Virus record (IMG/VR): IMGVR_UViG_3300012667_000297
Location: 1-34,974 of that record
DNA from: a virus
Taxonomy: Duplodnaviria > Caudoviricetes
Direction: 5' to 3' (one strand)
Length of the DNA: 34,974 nucleotides
Positions 9,301-18,358 of the stretch are shown in pieces. Made by a program: the position numbers and the translations under genes. The stretch's first letter is position 1, and each line of letters starts with the position of its first letter. The notes under the pieces were generated by a model that saw nothing but the letters and a program-made list of their open reading frames with translations, did no database searches and had not been told where the DNA came from.

Positions 9301-11119
9301 CTGTAATTAAAGTAGTAGGGTTAGATGGTCCTTCTAAAGCTACATTTATAGTACCTCCATATCTATTCCATAATGGATTAGGTACTCCTTCATTAGCAAT
9401 TTGATTCATAGTCCAAGTAGAGTTATCACCTTCTGTAACTTCTAATCCTGATAATAATATTTCTTCAGTACCAAATTCATATTCAATATATTTACCTTTA
9501 CCTCCAACAATAGCTGATCCAGGTTTATAATATCCTGCTTTAATATATTCATCACCATTACTATCATAGTATTTATTAATACAATCTGCTGTTTGAGGTA
9601 AATCTATAGCTTCTTGTAAAGTATAATCATCTTCAGTATCAGTATTAGTTAACCATATTTTAGAATCTTCTGCTGCTCTAAAAGCTCTAGCATCAAACTT
9701 TTGACTAATATCTACAGTACTACCACCATAAACATTACCCCAGAATAATCTATTATCTTTAGTATCTACAGTTTTAGCATGTGTAAAACCTGAACTAATA
9801 GATAAATATTCTGTTAATTCCATAGTTGTTAAACTAGTTACAGAACTTAAAGTAAAATCTTTAGTTTCATAAGTACCAATATTTATTGGATCTGTAATAT
9901 ATATTTTAGGTAAATCAGTTTTACTATCTCTATAAAGTATTACATATTCTATATAATCAAAGTTAGTATCAATATTATTTATCATCCAAGTAATACTACA
10001 ACCTGAATTACCAATACTAGAAGGACCTTCATAGGTTCTGTAATTACCTGATACAGGATTAATTACTAAGTTGACTAAATTAGATGTTGCTGAATAATTA
10101 CTTATTAAAGTATTTGCTTTTTTTAATCTATATGCTAATTCATAAGTACCTTGATCTAACGAACCTGTAGAATTAATAGTTTTTAAAATAGGTATTTCAA
10201 ATGATACTGATGGGAATACAGATAATAAAGCTGGATCAAAAGCCATTATTTGTGGATTAGCCACATTAAGAGTTCTTATCTTATTATAAAAATCTGTCCA
10301 ATAAATTCTTTTAATTTCATCAGATTCATATCTTCCTGTTATAGCAGTAGGAGCTACAGGATGTTGTTCAGTAAAATCTAAATAGTTAGCATAAATTAAT
10401 GATAATGTGTGTTCTCTAGTAATATCATTTATTACTAATTTCCATATACTACCAACTCCAGTAAATGAATCTGGGCTAGGTACTAATCCAGTAAAATGTT
10501 CTACTAATAAGAATATTTCTTCTCTAATAAAAGTAGAACCTATTATTTTAAAAGTATTATTTGTAGGAACATTTGCACTTTGAGTATTTGAAAATACTCC
10601 TTCATTGTTTTCAAACTGAAGAGTATATTTAATATCAGTAGTAGTAGTGTTAACTGTAATAACAAATGGAGTATTGTTTCCTGTTGAACTACAAGTTTTA
10701 TAATTAGGTTGTTGATATAAAATTACATAATCATCAGAGTAAGCTACAGCAAATGTAGCAGTAGGTTTATCTATTACACTATCATAACAGTTAGATAATT
10801 TTTGTATAACTGCAGCAATAGATGAACCTTGAGTTCCTTGAGAAATAGTAATAGGTACAGTAGTTTGTCCATTAATAGTAATTGTAACAACAGCATTATT
10901 AGTACCTGTAAGTTCTACTACTTTTAATTTATAAATACCTTGAAATGTAGGAAAAGTAATTCCACATTCATTACCTTTAATATTAACTAATGACCCAGTA
11001 GAACCACCTAATTCAGTAATAGCTCTAAAGTTTAAAGCTTGTAAATAAGAATCTTTTGCTTGTATAGTTTTAGATAAGTCAGATGACATACCTCCATTAA
11101 ATGTATTTATTGACTCCAT
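6332..11119 (-). CDS. Muzzle / tail stabilisation protein (P22 gp10-like, crAss-type)
   Basis: 1595 aa, beta-rich. Motifs include N-terminal NTFNGGMSSDLSK...ALNFR, IYWTDFYNKIRTLN, KDNRLFWGN, GFQHEEIYRFGIQF, NRIHYSEKK and GERLRDKW. Position after ring and IHF genes matches crAss-like phages. Confidence 0.85.
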   Translation of the reverse strand: MESINTFNGGMSSDLSKTIQAKDSYLQALNFRAITELGGSTGSLVNIKGNECGITFPTFQGIYKLKVVELTGTNNAVVTITINGQTTVPITISQGTQGSSIAAVIQKLSNCYDSVIDKPTATFAVAYSDDYVILYQQPNYKTCSSTGNNTPFVITVNTTTTDIKYTLQFENNEGVFSNTQSANVPTNNTFKIIGSTFIREEIFLLVEHFTGLVPSPDSFTGVGSIWKLVINDITREHTLSLIYANYLDFTEQHPVAPTAITGRYESDEIKRIYWTDFYNKIRTLNVANPQIMAFDPALLSVFPSVSFEIPILKTINSTGSLDQGTYELAYRLKKANTLISNYSATSNLVNLVINPVSGNYRTYEGPSSIGNSGCSITWMINNIDTNFDYIEYVILYRDSKTDLPKIYITDPINIGTYETKDFTLSSVTSLTTMELTEYLSISSGFTHAKTVDTKDNRLFWGNVYGGSTVDISQKFDARAFRAAEDSKIWLTNTDTEDDYTLQEAIDLPQTADCINKYYDSNGDEYIKAGYYKPGSAIVGGKGKYIEYEFGTEEILLSGLEVTEGDNSTWTMNQIANEGVPNPLWNRYGGTINVALEGPSNPTTLITAPSDSSDQTYTMTGIGLSKNPYFTSTLKGFQHEEIYRFGIQFFDLQGSPYFVQWIGDIKMPRYSDGNLTNRGPIATAAGINDFRNSFLYNSNVYGQALCIKFKIDVSAVKNIISGYQIVRVERTDADKTILGTGMVTNTVAENFGETAFLGGGLVDSSSGIFQNIYAPYPSQKSFETLSQAPIGSTSYLHVLSDAEFITSSRITTFDSFDFMTNGYSFKEGDRLLLRSKVRPINFYNAQSGLPNGRYRIGFNSDDTGDNLDMWLKNTYDPSGSEPACRTLPGSYVGDRIPSLQTGFDSSEMPFFMLFYYDQRVFYKNSNNNNAGNNIFQDPRTSQQKQNLNKVIKSGQFAGSNATIDTGIGNYTFYNRFSVFDGLGGTPGTGGQSVMLTFDTEQMVDSYYFFNSEQEMGAKIMALYYRANPNQYNGNTYTARTTNEYIACGSYIPVNRNRKLLNNNINLTHKVFNGDVFLNYWDLNKIKKNIGGGTEFKRNRWTGNNPNDEPGGGVRDIIKFDIGNIFYFPCTNSNNQQVRYGAHVDVNLNGSAYSSYDDYGYASYHSNEKNINKYFPKPLDFILSNKWINRIHYSEKKFNNEIDDSWTQYLTNNYYDVEGNYGAINAVVALNNQLHYIQERGIGYLIVNPVAMINSTTVNTPIKLGTGSTIERHEYNHLDVGTNHQWSVNKSQNQVIFLDIRSKKLYLYNGQTANPISDTLGQRNFLMKKLHDNIINHDNPVIGEGILTTYDYTHNEFLITFLNKNNTVPATTDEFYTITFSEQLNKFVSYYSFTPNLYINSNRYLLSNVNSDSLRNKIYLHNYGQYGNFYGTVYPSTLKLLSNEQPLYTKVFNNLQWITESINDNLQWSDDLNINPGTITTPTYPDDVPIRDNTFSKLRVYNQYQNTDWVDLTITPPNNNLRKLEQSFNVQLPRNKFNYNTTPVSTNSLFDSSKLTRTTFGERLRDKWAIVDLYYNNSPNLRFIIHTVKSIFNISDR

Positions 11120-11124
11120 ATTAT

Positions 11125-11826
11125 TTATCTAAGTCTACGTTGTTCTCTTTGTTCTAAAGATCTAAATCCTAATTGATATTCATTTTGCTTAGGTATTAAT
11201 CTTACCCAAACATTTTTAATTCTTTCCATCATTGAAGAATCAGGCATATAAGCTGAACCTCTTGCTGAATTAACATAAAATAACCAGTCTTTCTGTGACT
11301 CTTGATAAACATCTTTAGGAATTAATCCTCTTCTAAATTGTATTCTATCAAACATATAAGTACAATAAGACTTTAAAGCTTTATCAAAATATACATTATC
11401 TGGAACTAAAGGAAATCCTTCATCATCTACAGGAACTCCTAAATAAACTATACATAGTTCTCCTGATTCTAATGAAGTATTAATATATCCATCATGAATA
11501 TAAAAATTATATTCTGAACAACAAGTAGGAATAGTATTACAATCTTTACAAGAATAATTATTTGCTGCAGATTTTGTAGACCACATTAAAGGTTTACCAT
11601 TATAAGTAATATCTTTAGGATAAGCAAAATCACAAGGTAATGCAACTCTATGATTTTCTACTGTAAGTATAGTAGAAATCTCTTGCATTTGAGGATATGA
11701 TCCAATTAGTGCTAGTCCTTCAGCACACCATTCAATAATATCAGCTTCATTAAGTTCTGTATTATTACCTAAATCCCTGTATAAACCAGCAATAATTGCT
11801 TTTGAAGATTTAAAATTTACTATCAT
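11125..11826 (-). CDS. Tail ring protein 1 / tail tubular protein (P22 gp4-like)
   Basis: 233 aa with DIIEWCAEGLALIG, ENHRVALPCD, YLGVPVDDEGFPLVPDN and WLFYVNSA; immediately upstream of the muzzle gene. Confidence 0.75.
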   Translation of the reverse strand: MIVNFKSSKAIIAGLYRDLGNNTELNEADIIEWCAEGLALIGSYPQMQEISTILTVENHRVALPCDFAYPKDITYNGKPLMWSTKSAANNYSCKDCNTIPTCCSEYNFYIHDGYINTSLESGELCIVYLGVPVDDEGFPLVPDNVYFDKALKSYCTYMFDRIQFRRGLIPKDVYQESQKDWLFYVNSARGSAYMPDSSMMERIKNVWVRLIPKQNEYQLGFRSLEQREQRRLR

Positions 11827-11832
11827 TTATTT

Positions 11833-12315
11833 TTACTTTATACGTTCATAATAATCAAATCCTGGATTATCTTTTAATTGTTTAGCAATTGCTCTTGAAG
11901 TATCTCTAGCAGGAGTAAACTTATAATATTTTTTACCAGTTAATTTTAATTTAGATTTATCCCACTTCCACTTATATCTATAAGGTTGATCATGATATAT
12001 GATAACTCCTTGTTTTTTAGATTCACCATAATTAACTTTCCAATTCTTAATCTTTTCAGGATCAAAGTTTACTTCATACTTAATGATGCCTAAATGTCCA
12101 AGTTTATAAGGCATCTTAAATGTTCTAGCTTCAGTAATAATTTTATCTCTTAATCTTAAATTGAATTCTCTAATTACTTTATAGTATATATTATAATCTA
12201 TTGGGATACGTTTATTGTTTAAAGAAGCTCTACAATAATCTTTGTAAAAGTTTTTAGTACTTAGATCTTTCTTATGTTTACCTTCACTTCTTTTAACAGT
12301 CTTAAATTCTATCAT
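11833..12315 (-). CDS. IHF/HU-like basic DNA-binding protein
   Basis: 160 aa, very Lys/Arg-rich. Helix followed by FKMPYKLGHLGIIK and YKFTPAR resembles the HU-fold proteins found between ring genes in crAss-like phages. Confidence 0.7.
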   Translation of the reverse strand: MIEFKTVKRSEGKHKKDLSTKNFYKDYCRASLNNKRIPIDYNIYYKVIREFNLRLRDKIITEARTFKMPYKLGHLGIIKYEVNFDPEKIKNWKVNYGESKKQGVIIYHDQPYRYKWKWDKSKLKLTGKKYYKFTPARDTSRAIAKQLKDNPGFDYYERIK

Positions 12316-12995
12316 TTTTTACCAATCTGATTTTGAGATAATGCATCATTACTTGTATCCTGTGGCATTTGTAAGAAAGGCATTACTTTAGTCTGCATTA
12401 CTATGTTAGTAACATCATTAGCCATTTTAAGACTTAATGGATATGGACTATCCCAATTAAAGCAGCTACTAATATTATTACATAATGTAAATTCTGACAA
12501 CTCTTCAGGATTCTCAAAAATAGCAAAAACATTTATATATTCCAATAACTTATCATTGGTAATATATAAGTAACCATCTTGAAAAAACCATTGTGGTTTC
12601 TCTGCAGTATATTTATTATACTTATTGTATTTAGCTTCAAACCTATTAGATTTAGTAATAATATCTCCAGTAGGAGTAGTAACACTTAATACTAAATTAT
12701 CTGCTGAAGTTTCTACAGTAATAGGTATTCTTCTTTTAGTTTTAAGAATATAACATTTAGTTGTTACAATACAACAATCTGAAGAATCTACTAATTCTAA
12801 TTCAAGGCATGGTATGTTTTGAACCCACACATCAGAAATATCTTGTCTTTTAGAAACAGCTTGAGATATAAGCATAGCTCTTACCTCATGAATCCAAAAG
12901 GCTATCTGATAATCAGTAATTCTAAATGAATAGTTGTTTTCACCTGAATCAGCAATATTTCTAATATCTGCAACTACTTTTCTTAATGTAAGCAT
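12312..12995 (-). CDS. Tail ring protein 2-like
   Basis: 227 aa with QIAFWIHEVRAMLI, QNIPCLELELVD, GYLYI, AIFENP, DSPYPL and PQDTSND. ATGA overlap with the IHF-like gene; synteny fits. Confidence 0.7.
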   Translation of the reverse strand: MLTLRKVVADIRNIADSGENNYSFRITDYQIAFWIHEVRAMLISQAVSKRQDISDVWVQNIPCLELELVDSSDCCIVTTKCYILKTKRRIPITVETSADNLVLSVTTPTGDIITKSNRFEAKYNKYNKYTAEKPQWFFQDGYLYITNDKLLEYINVFAIFENPEELSEFTLCNNISSCFNWDSPYPLSLKMANDVTNIVMQTKVMPFLQMPQDTSNDALSQNQIGKK

Positions 12996-12997
12996 AT

Positions 12998-13567
12998 TTA
13001 CTTAGTGCTTTTAAAAATTCTATATTTAATTCCTATTATTGTATTTTTATTTAGAATATCATAACCTAATGTATATGACATATCTTTATAATTTAAATCT
13101 AATACAGGAGACAATGTTTTAAAACTAGTTACTAAACCTAAGTAAGCATTAAAAGTATTAGGTTTATAAACAGTAGTATCTTTAGTTACAAATACACTAT
13201 CTCTAATAATCAAAGGTACTTTAAGTTTTACTTTAGTTTCCAATTGTCTTAAAACTCCTTGAACTACTCCAGTATTAATAATTTCATATTCAACACTTTT
13301 AATAGTATCTGTATAGTCTAATACTTTATTACAATCTACAGAGTCTAATGGTAAAAATACAGTATCATGTTTAGTAATAAACTTAGGTTTATAAACATAA
13401 GTAATAAAAGTATCTTTAGCAAATATAGTATCAGTAACATGAACAGTTTCTATCAAAGGTTTAATAACATTGTTCTCTTTTTGAGAACTACAATGTCTTC
13501 CTAAAAAGAAAGCTAAACATATAATAACTATACTAGCTATAAGTTCAAAGTTGTACTTTTTTCTCAT
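12998..13567 (-). CDS. Membrane-anchored protein, spanin candidate
   Basis: 189 aa with an N-terminal TM helix (LIASIVIICLAFFLG), repeated DT-I/V motifs and C-terminal amphipathic beta strands ending GIKYRIF; last gene of the lysis-like cassette. Confidence 0.5.
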   Translation of the reverse strand: MRKKYNFELIASIVIICLAFFLGRHCSSQKENNVIKPLIETVHVTDTIFAKDTFITYVYKPKFITKHDTVFLPLDSVDCNKVLDYTDTIKSVEYEIINTGVVQGVLRQLETKVKLKVPLIIRDSVFVTKDTTVYKPNTFNAYLGLVTSFKTLSPVLDLNYKDMSYTLGYDILNKNTIIGIKYRIFKSTK

Positions 13568-13775
13568 TTGCTTTAAATTTTGTTACATAACCTCCTAATG
13601 CAATGATTGCAGATAATACTAACTTAGGATATTCTTTTTCAATAATAAAATTTGCCCAGTCAATAGTCATCCAAGCTTGAGATAAAGCTACTGCTAAACC
13701 TAATACTGTAGCTAAGTAATCATGTAAGTTTTTCTTAAACTTTTTTATCAATAATTTGAATTTCATAAGTATCAT
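13545..13775 (-). CDS. Putative holin
   Basis: 76 aa with two hydrophobic helices (YLATVLGLAVALSQAWM; LVLSAIIALGGYV) and basic termini; overlaps the DUF5675 gene. An alternative ATG lies at 13766. Confidence 0.55.
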   Translation of the reverse strand: MILMKFKLLIKKFKKNLHDYLATVLGLAVALSQAWMTIDWANFIIEKEYPKLVLSAIIALGGYVTKFKANEKKVQL

Positions 13776-14175
13776 ATTTTTTAAGTTCAGTCATTAATGC
13801 TGTTAAAGCTTTTACACTAGTTCCTCCTTTAAGACAATCTAATCCTCTTGTTCCTACTAAAATGCAGCCATGAGTATGAGAAGGTAGGTTTCCTGAATGA
13901 ATGAGCACTCCTTCATAGCCATCAATGTTTAAAAGTCTAGGTAAAAGTTTTTTAAATCTTGGAGAGATATTAATAATCATTGGATATGTACCAGAAGGTA
14001 TTGCAGTTTCACCATATACTTTAGTTTCACCTACATCTTTTAAATCTCCATCTCTATTTAAATCTCTACATACATCTTCTAATGTATCACATATTAGTTT
14101 ATCATTTACATATAATTTACCAATAGTTGATTTAGAAGTATAAGTATCTCTTATTAATTTTAACAATGCTTTCAT
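13735..14175 (-). CDS. DUF5675-family protein, putative endolysin (L,D-transpeptidase-like His/Cys motif)
   Basis: 146 aa with STIGKLY...CDTLED...ETAIPSGTY...SPRF...VLIHSGN...HTHGCILVG, the characteristic DUF5675 pattern; flanked by TM proteins. Confidence 0.8.
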   Translation of the reverse strand: MKALLKLIRDTYTSKSTIGKLYVNDKLICDTLEDVCRDLNRDGDLKDVGETKVYGETAIPSGTYPMIINISPRFKKLLPRLLNIDGYEGVLIHSGNLPSHTHGCILVGTRGLDCLKGGTSVKALTALMTELKKYDTYEIQIIDKKV

Positions 14176-14582
14176 ATTGTAATAAATTTAGAATTTACTC
14201 TTTTTTCTAATTCTAATTGTCTAGGAATTAACATTACAGTAGTTAATGTTGCAATAGGTTTTCTGTTATCAACAGGTAATGATTTTTTATTACTAATAGT
14301 TTCATTTACAAATAAAGTATCTATTACTTTACGTTTAGGTACTTGAGAAAACTTAGTAGCTTCCAATAAATCAATTCTGTTATTTAACTTCATAATCTCT
14401 ACCGTATAAGAATACATTAAATCTTTTCTAATCATAGCAATACTTGAATCTAGGTTAGCTTCAATATTAGCCATCCTAGTTTCAAATCTCCAGATCCCAG
14501 TACCTATAATTATAGCTATAGATATGAACCATTTAATATCGTTGAACTTAAAACTTAATTTATCTGTATTTACAGTAGTCAT
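14172..14582 (-). CDS. Single-TM membrane protein of the lysis-like cassette
   Basis: 136 aa with one TM segment (WFISIAIIIGTGIW) followed by a coiled coil; ATGA overlap with DUF5675. Confidence 0.55.
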   Translation of the reverse strand: MTTVNTDKLSFKFNDIKWFISIAIIIGTGIWRFETRMANIEANLDSSIAMIRKDLMYSYTVEIMKLNNRIDLLEATKFSQVPKRKVIDTLFVNETISNKKSLPVDNRKPIATLTTVMLIPRQLELEKRVNSKFITI

Positions 14583-14595
14583 AAAATAATATTAC

Positions 14596-14817
14596 TTAGT
14601 TTTGAAAATCATCAGGTACTTGAAATGTTAAAGCATAACCTCTTACAGGAACTTCATCAACAACTTCTTTTGTAAATGTAAATCTGTCAGAAAGAATTTC
14701 ATAGTCTACTAAAATTGTAGCTCTATCAGCTAAGAATTGTTGTAGATTATCTGTCAATTGTGATATACCCATATTTTCAGGTTTATCAGGAGCATTAAAA
14801 TAAATAAAAGTTTTCAT
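14596..14817 (-). CDS. Hypothetical protein
   Basis: 73 aa with an A-rich leader; first gene after the 14840 promoter. Confidence 0.6.
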   Translation of the reverse strand: MKTFIYFNAPDKPENMGISQLTDNLQQFLADRATILVDYEILSDRFTFTKEVVDEVPVRGYALTFQVPDDFQN

Positions 14818-14839
14818 ATTTTTTTATAATAGTATATAT

Positions 14840-14871
14840 ATAATATAATTAATTTTTTTATAAAAAGCAAA
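14840..14871 (-). promoter_or_regulatory. Promoter TTTG-N20-TATATTAT upstream of the lysis cassette
   Basis: Minus strand TTTG ctttttataaaaaaattaat TATATTAT in one of the few intergenic gaps. Confidence 0.65.
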
Positions 14872-14878
14872 TAAATTT

Positions 14879-15121
14879 TTACAATTCAAACTGTTCTTTT
14901 ATAAAAGATGGTACATTCTCCATAGATTGAAAATCATTAAATAATATAGGAGTCATTTCTGTAATAAAGTTTGTAATATAAGATTGTACATCTTCCTTAC
15001 TACTAATTGTAGAATATGATGCTATGTATTTTGATATTAATGTATTAGAAGGATAAACTCTAATGTTAATTTGGTTATCATCTAATATTATTACTTCTGA
15101 TGTTAATGTAAATTTTTCCAT
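14879..15121 (-). CDS. Small acidic protein after the long tail fibre (possible fibre assembly factor)
   Basis: 80 aa, starting 2 nt after the fibre stop. Function is inferred from position only. Confidence 0.55.
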   Translation of the reverse strand: MEKFTLTSEVIILDDNQINIRVYPSNTLISKYIASYSTISSKEDVQSYITNFITEMTPILFNDFQSMENVPSFIKEQFEL

Positions 15122-15123
15122 AA

Positions 15124-18100
15124 TTATAAAAGTGAGTATACTCCTAATTTTAATAAATCAAATTGTCCTGAGTTAGTAATACTTGTACCCATTGCTCTAG
15201 AAGCAAAAAAGTTTAATCCTTGAGTTATTGCTGGTAAATCTGTAGTTAAAGTTCCTTCTGCAATTGCTCCAGTTTCATTATTTATTACTCTATAATTTAC
15301 CTCAGTTGATGCAGGAGCATTATATAGTAATATAGAATATACTGTAGTCATAACTGCACCAGAAGTTCTATTTGCAGGGAAATTAGCACCTAAATCAATT
15401 TTACTACAAGTACCTGTAGCATCATTGTAAATTATTTGAAGATTTGTATCAGCAGCTTCACTACCTACTCCTATTAAATTAGTTAATGTACTTAATGCTG
15501 TTAAACTTACACCTCCATATGCTAAATCTGCAACAGATCCAGCAAGACCATAAAATTGTTGACAAGTTGAATTAAATGCAGTATCTGAAATATTTACATC
15601 ACAGTTGAATAAAAATCCTCCATGAATAAACCACAATAATGCTGAACCTCTAGTACCAGTATATCTTCCTGTAGAAACTACAGAAGCATAATATCTTAAT
15701 CTTATTTGTTTAGATACAAAGTTTGTAGAAGCTACAGATTGAGCTAAAGTAGATGCTGATGAAGACATTGTTACACCACCATCAACAACAGCAGTAGTAG
15801 AGTTATTATTAAATACTACACCTCTAAATATATATCCTGGTTTTAATTCAAATAAATTACTAGAAGTATTTATTGTAGATGTTGCTAATAAACCTAAATT
15901 AGATAATGCATCAGCAATACCTTGAGTAGTAGTTACTGCTGATGGTTGTACTATTGGAGTAGCATTATAGAAACCTAATTTTTGTGTAGTAGAAGTACCT
16001 ATTTTAGTTCCTGTTGTAGTTTCTAATATTATATTTCCACCATCTTTTAATAAGAAATTTCCTCCAGATAGTGTTAATCTTTCAGTAGGTAAAGCTGTTC
16101 CTATACCTACGTGACCAGTTGCATCTTGACCATATACAAATATTCTAGCATTTAATACTGAAACTGCTTTAAAATCTTTATAGGTATTAAATGCACCACC
16201 ATATAAACTATTAACAGGATCTCCTATTGAATCAAATCTATTTATTATATAAGATGAGTCACCTATGTAAATAGTGTTTGGTAATCTTATTTTATCTATG
16301 CTTGTAAAAATTCCCCATCCATATACTGAATATGGAGTTGCCCAATCTGAAAATCTTAAAAATTTTCCAGTACCATCTAAATCAATTTCTAATTTACCCT
16401 TTAAACCTAAAGCATAATTATTAGTTATAGTTGCATTAGTGTTTGCTGTAGGAGCTGAAATATAAGCTGTGTAAGCATTAGTAATAGTTGATGCTGTTGT
16501 AAAATTATAAACAGGAGAAATTAACTCAAATTCTTTTTGTGTAGTAATATTTCCTCCTATCCATTGTCTACTTCCTAAATTCCAAGTAGTACCATTAACT
16601 GCTGTTGATGCAGTTTGACCTGTATTTGAAGGTGCTGTAAATTCAAATCCAATATATGACCCTGTAGTTTGTGGTGATATAACTCTTAATCTAGTTATTC
16701 CTAAAGTATTTAAATTAACTACTGATGTAGCATTTAAAGTTGTTGTAGTACTGTTACCTGATAAAGCGGAATTACCTCCACCACTAGGGGTTGTTTGGTT
16801 AAAATAAATAGCACCTACATCTGTACTAGTAGGCATTGATCCAATATCTACCCAAGCAGTATCTTGACCTATTCTTACTTGTCTTTGATTAGTTGCTACA
16901 GCATTACCTATATTTACTAAATTAGTAAATGTTTTTAATCCAGTAATAGTTTCTGTACCTGTTAAATGAACTACATTAGAATCATTTGCGGGAGTATATC
17001 CTAATACTGAAGGTATAGTATTAGTTTTCCATAAGTTTGTAGAAGTATCTCTATATAAAACTCCATTGTTAATATAGGTTGGAATATACACATCATGTAA
17101 TTCTTCTAGTTCCCAACCATTCATTATTTTTACATAAATCTTACCATTAACTGCATGAGAATATTCTATATATCCTAATACAACTATATGACCTGTAGAA
17201 CCATTTGGTTTAACTTTAGTCATACCACCTGGAGTTGTAGGACTTAAATAAAGTACATCACCATCAGCCCAAGTTTCACCTTGTAATGAACCAGTAGTAT
17301 TAATTCCTGTTAATTGTCCAACAGTCATAATAAAACCTTCTTGATTAGTAGCAATAGTTTCAATTACTACTCCTAATGTATCAGCACTATTTAAGTCAAC
17401 ATTAGCTTGTGCTAAATCTACACTTAATCTACCACCTGTTGCTCCAACTACTTTAACAACTTGATATTGTGCTTTTGTTAAAGTTTGATTAGGAACAGCT
17501 TTATTAACTACTCTAGCTACTAAATCAACACCATTTTTAAGAGTTACATTTCCTCCTTTTAATAATGTTTCAGAAGTACCATCTGTATTATTCCATTGAG
17601 TTGTACCAACTACAAATCCTGCTCCTGATGGATTTACATTTAGAGAAAGATGATCTGCAGTTAAATTATAAGTTCCTAAGTCTACATCATTTGTAGCACC
17701 AGTATAAGGAACATATCCTGTTAAAGCAGGAAACGTAGCCAAAGTACCATCACCTCTTATATACTGAGATATAGTTCCTGCACCTGTAACAGCAATATCT
17801 CCACTACTTGTTATTGGAGAATTAGAAACAGTAAATGCAGTAGGCATTGTTAATCCAACACTAGTAACACTACCACTTCCACCACCTCCTGTACCATCAA
17901 TTCTTTCTGAATTAATAATATAGAAATTATCTAAGTTATGGTAATCTATTGCTTTAATATCTATTGAATAGACTAAAGCTACTTCAGCATCTGTATAAGT
18001 TCCTGAAGCAGTCCAAGTACCATCTATATTTAAATTAGCAGTAACAACTACATTACCACTTGTTAAAGGGCTTGAATACGTTGGTTTATCTTCAACATTA

Positions 18101-18318
18101 ATTTTTGAAAGTATTGAATTACCTGACGTACCAAACTCACCTTCGTTAATTGTTGCTCCTGTAGGGATTGTGATGCTTCCGCTTGTTCCTGACACAATCT
18201 CATAATATGTAATTTTGTAGACATTGTTTTCTAAATTAGTTACTCTATTATTTAATGAAGGATCTGATCCAGGTTGACTGAATATTTTTTTAGAATTTTT
18301 TACAACAGATTGACCCAT
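15124..18318 (-). CDS. Long mosaic tail fibre protein
   Basis: 1064 aa, Thr/Gly/Ser-rich, built of typical fibre modules: GSVTSVGLTMPTAFTVSNSPITSSG, GYVPYTGATNDVDLG, WADGDVLYLSPTTPG, GWELEELHDV, LGYTPANDSNVVHLTGTETITGLKTF, HVGIGTALPTERL and GTKIGTSTTQKLGFYNATP. Confidence 0.85.
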   Translation of the reverse strand: MGQSVVKNSKKIFSQPGSDPSLNNRVTNLENNVYKITYYEIVSGTSGSITIPTGATINEGEFGTSGNSILSKINVEDKPTYSSPLTSGNVVVTANLNIDGTWTASGTYTDAEVALVYSIDIKAIDYHNLDNFYIINSERIDGTGGGGSGSVTSVGLTMPTAFTVSNSPITSSGDIAVTGAGTISQYIRGDGTLATFPALTGYVPYTGATNDVDLGTYNLTADHLSLNVNPSGAGFVVGTTQWNNTDGTSETLLKGGNVTLKNGVDLVARVVNKAVPNQTLTKAQYQVVKVVGATGGRLSVDLAQANVDLNSADTLGVVIETIATNQEGFIMTVGQLTGINTTGSLQGETWADGDVLYLSPTTPGGMTKVKPNGSTGHIVVLGYIEYSHAVNGKIYVKIMNGWELEELHDVYIPTYINNGVLYRDTSTNLWKTNTIPSVLGYTPANDSNVVHLTGTETITGLKTFTNLVNIGNAVATNQRQVRIGQDTAWVDIGSMPTSTDVGAIYFNQTTPSGGGNSALSGNSTTTTLNATSVVNLNTLGITRLRVISPQTTGSYIGFEFTAPSNTGQTASTAVNGTTWNLGSRQWIGGNITTQKEFELISPVYNFTTASTITNAYTAYISAPTANTNATITNNYALGLKGKLEIDLDGTGKFLRFSDWATPYSVYGWGIFTSIDKIRLPNTIYIGDSSYIINRFDSIGDPVNSLYGGAFNTYKDFKAVSVLNARIFVYGQDATGHVGIGTALPTERLTLSGGNFLLKDGGNIILETTTGTKIGTSTTQKLGFYNATPIVQPSAVTTTQGIADALSNLGLLATSTINTSSNLFELKPGYIFRGVVFNNNSTTAVVDGGVTMSSSASTLAQSVASTNFVSKQIRLRYYASVVSTGRYTGTRGSALLWFIHGGFLFNCDVNISDTAFNSTCQQFYGLAGSVADLAYGGVSLTALSTLTNLIGVGSEAADTNLQIIYNDATGTCSKIDLGANFPANRTSGAVMTTVYSILLYNAPASTEVNYRVINNETGAIAEGTLTTDLPAITQGLNFFASRAMGTSITNSGQFDLLKLGVYSLL

Positions 18319-18358
18319 AAATTTATGTAAATTTTATTAATTAAATTTTTGAAATAAT

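Noticed and set aside
13764-13775. Holin dual-start motif (M-I-L-M-K)
   Set aside because: The extension has no positive charge, unlike lambda S107, and lies inside the upstream gene. It cannot be distinguished from chance.
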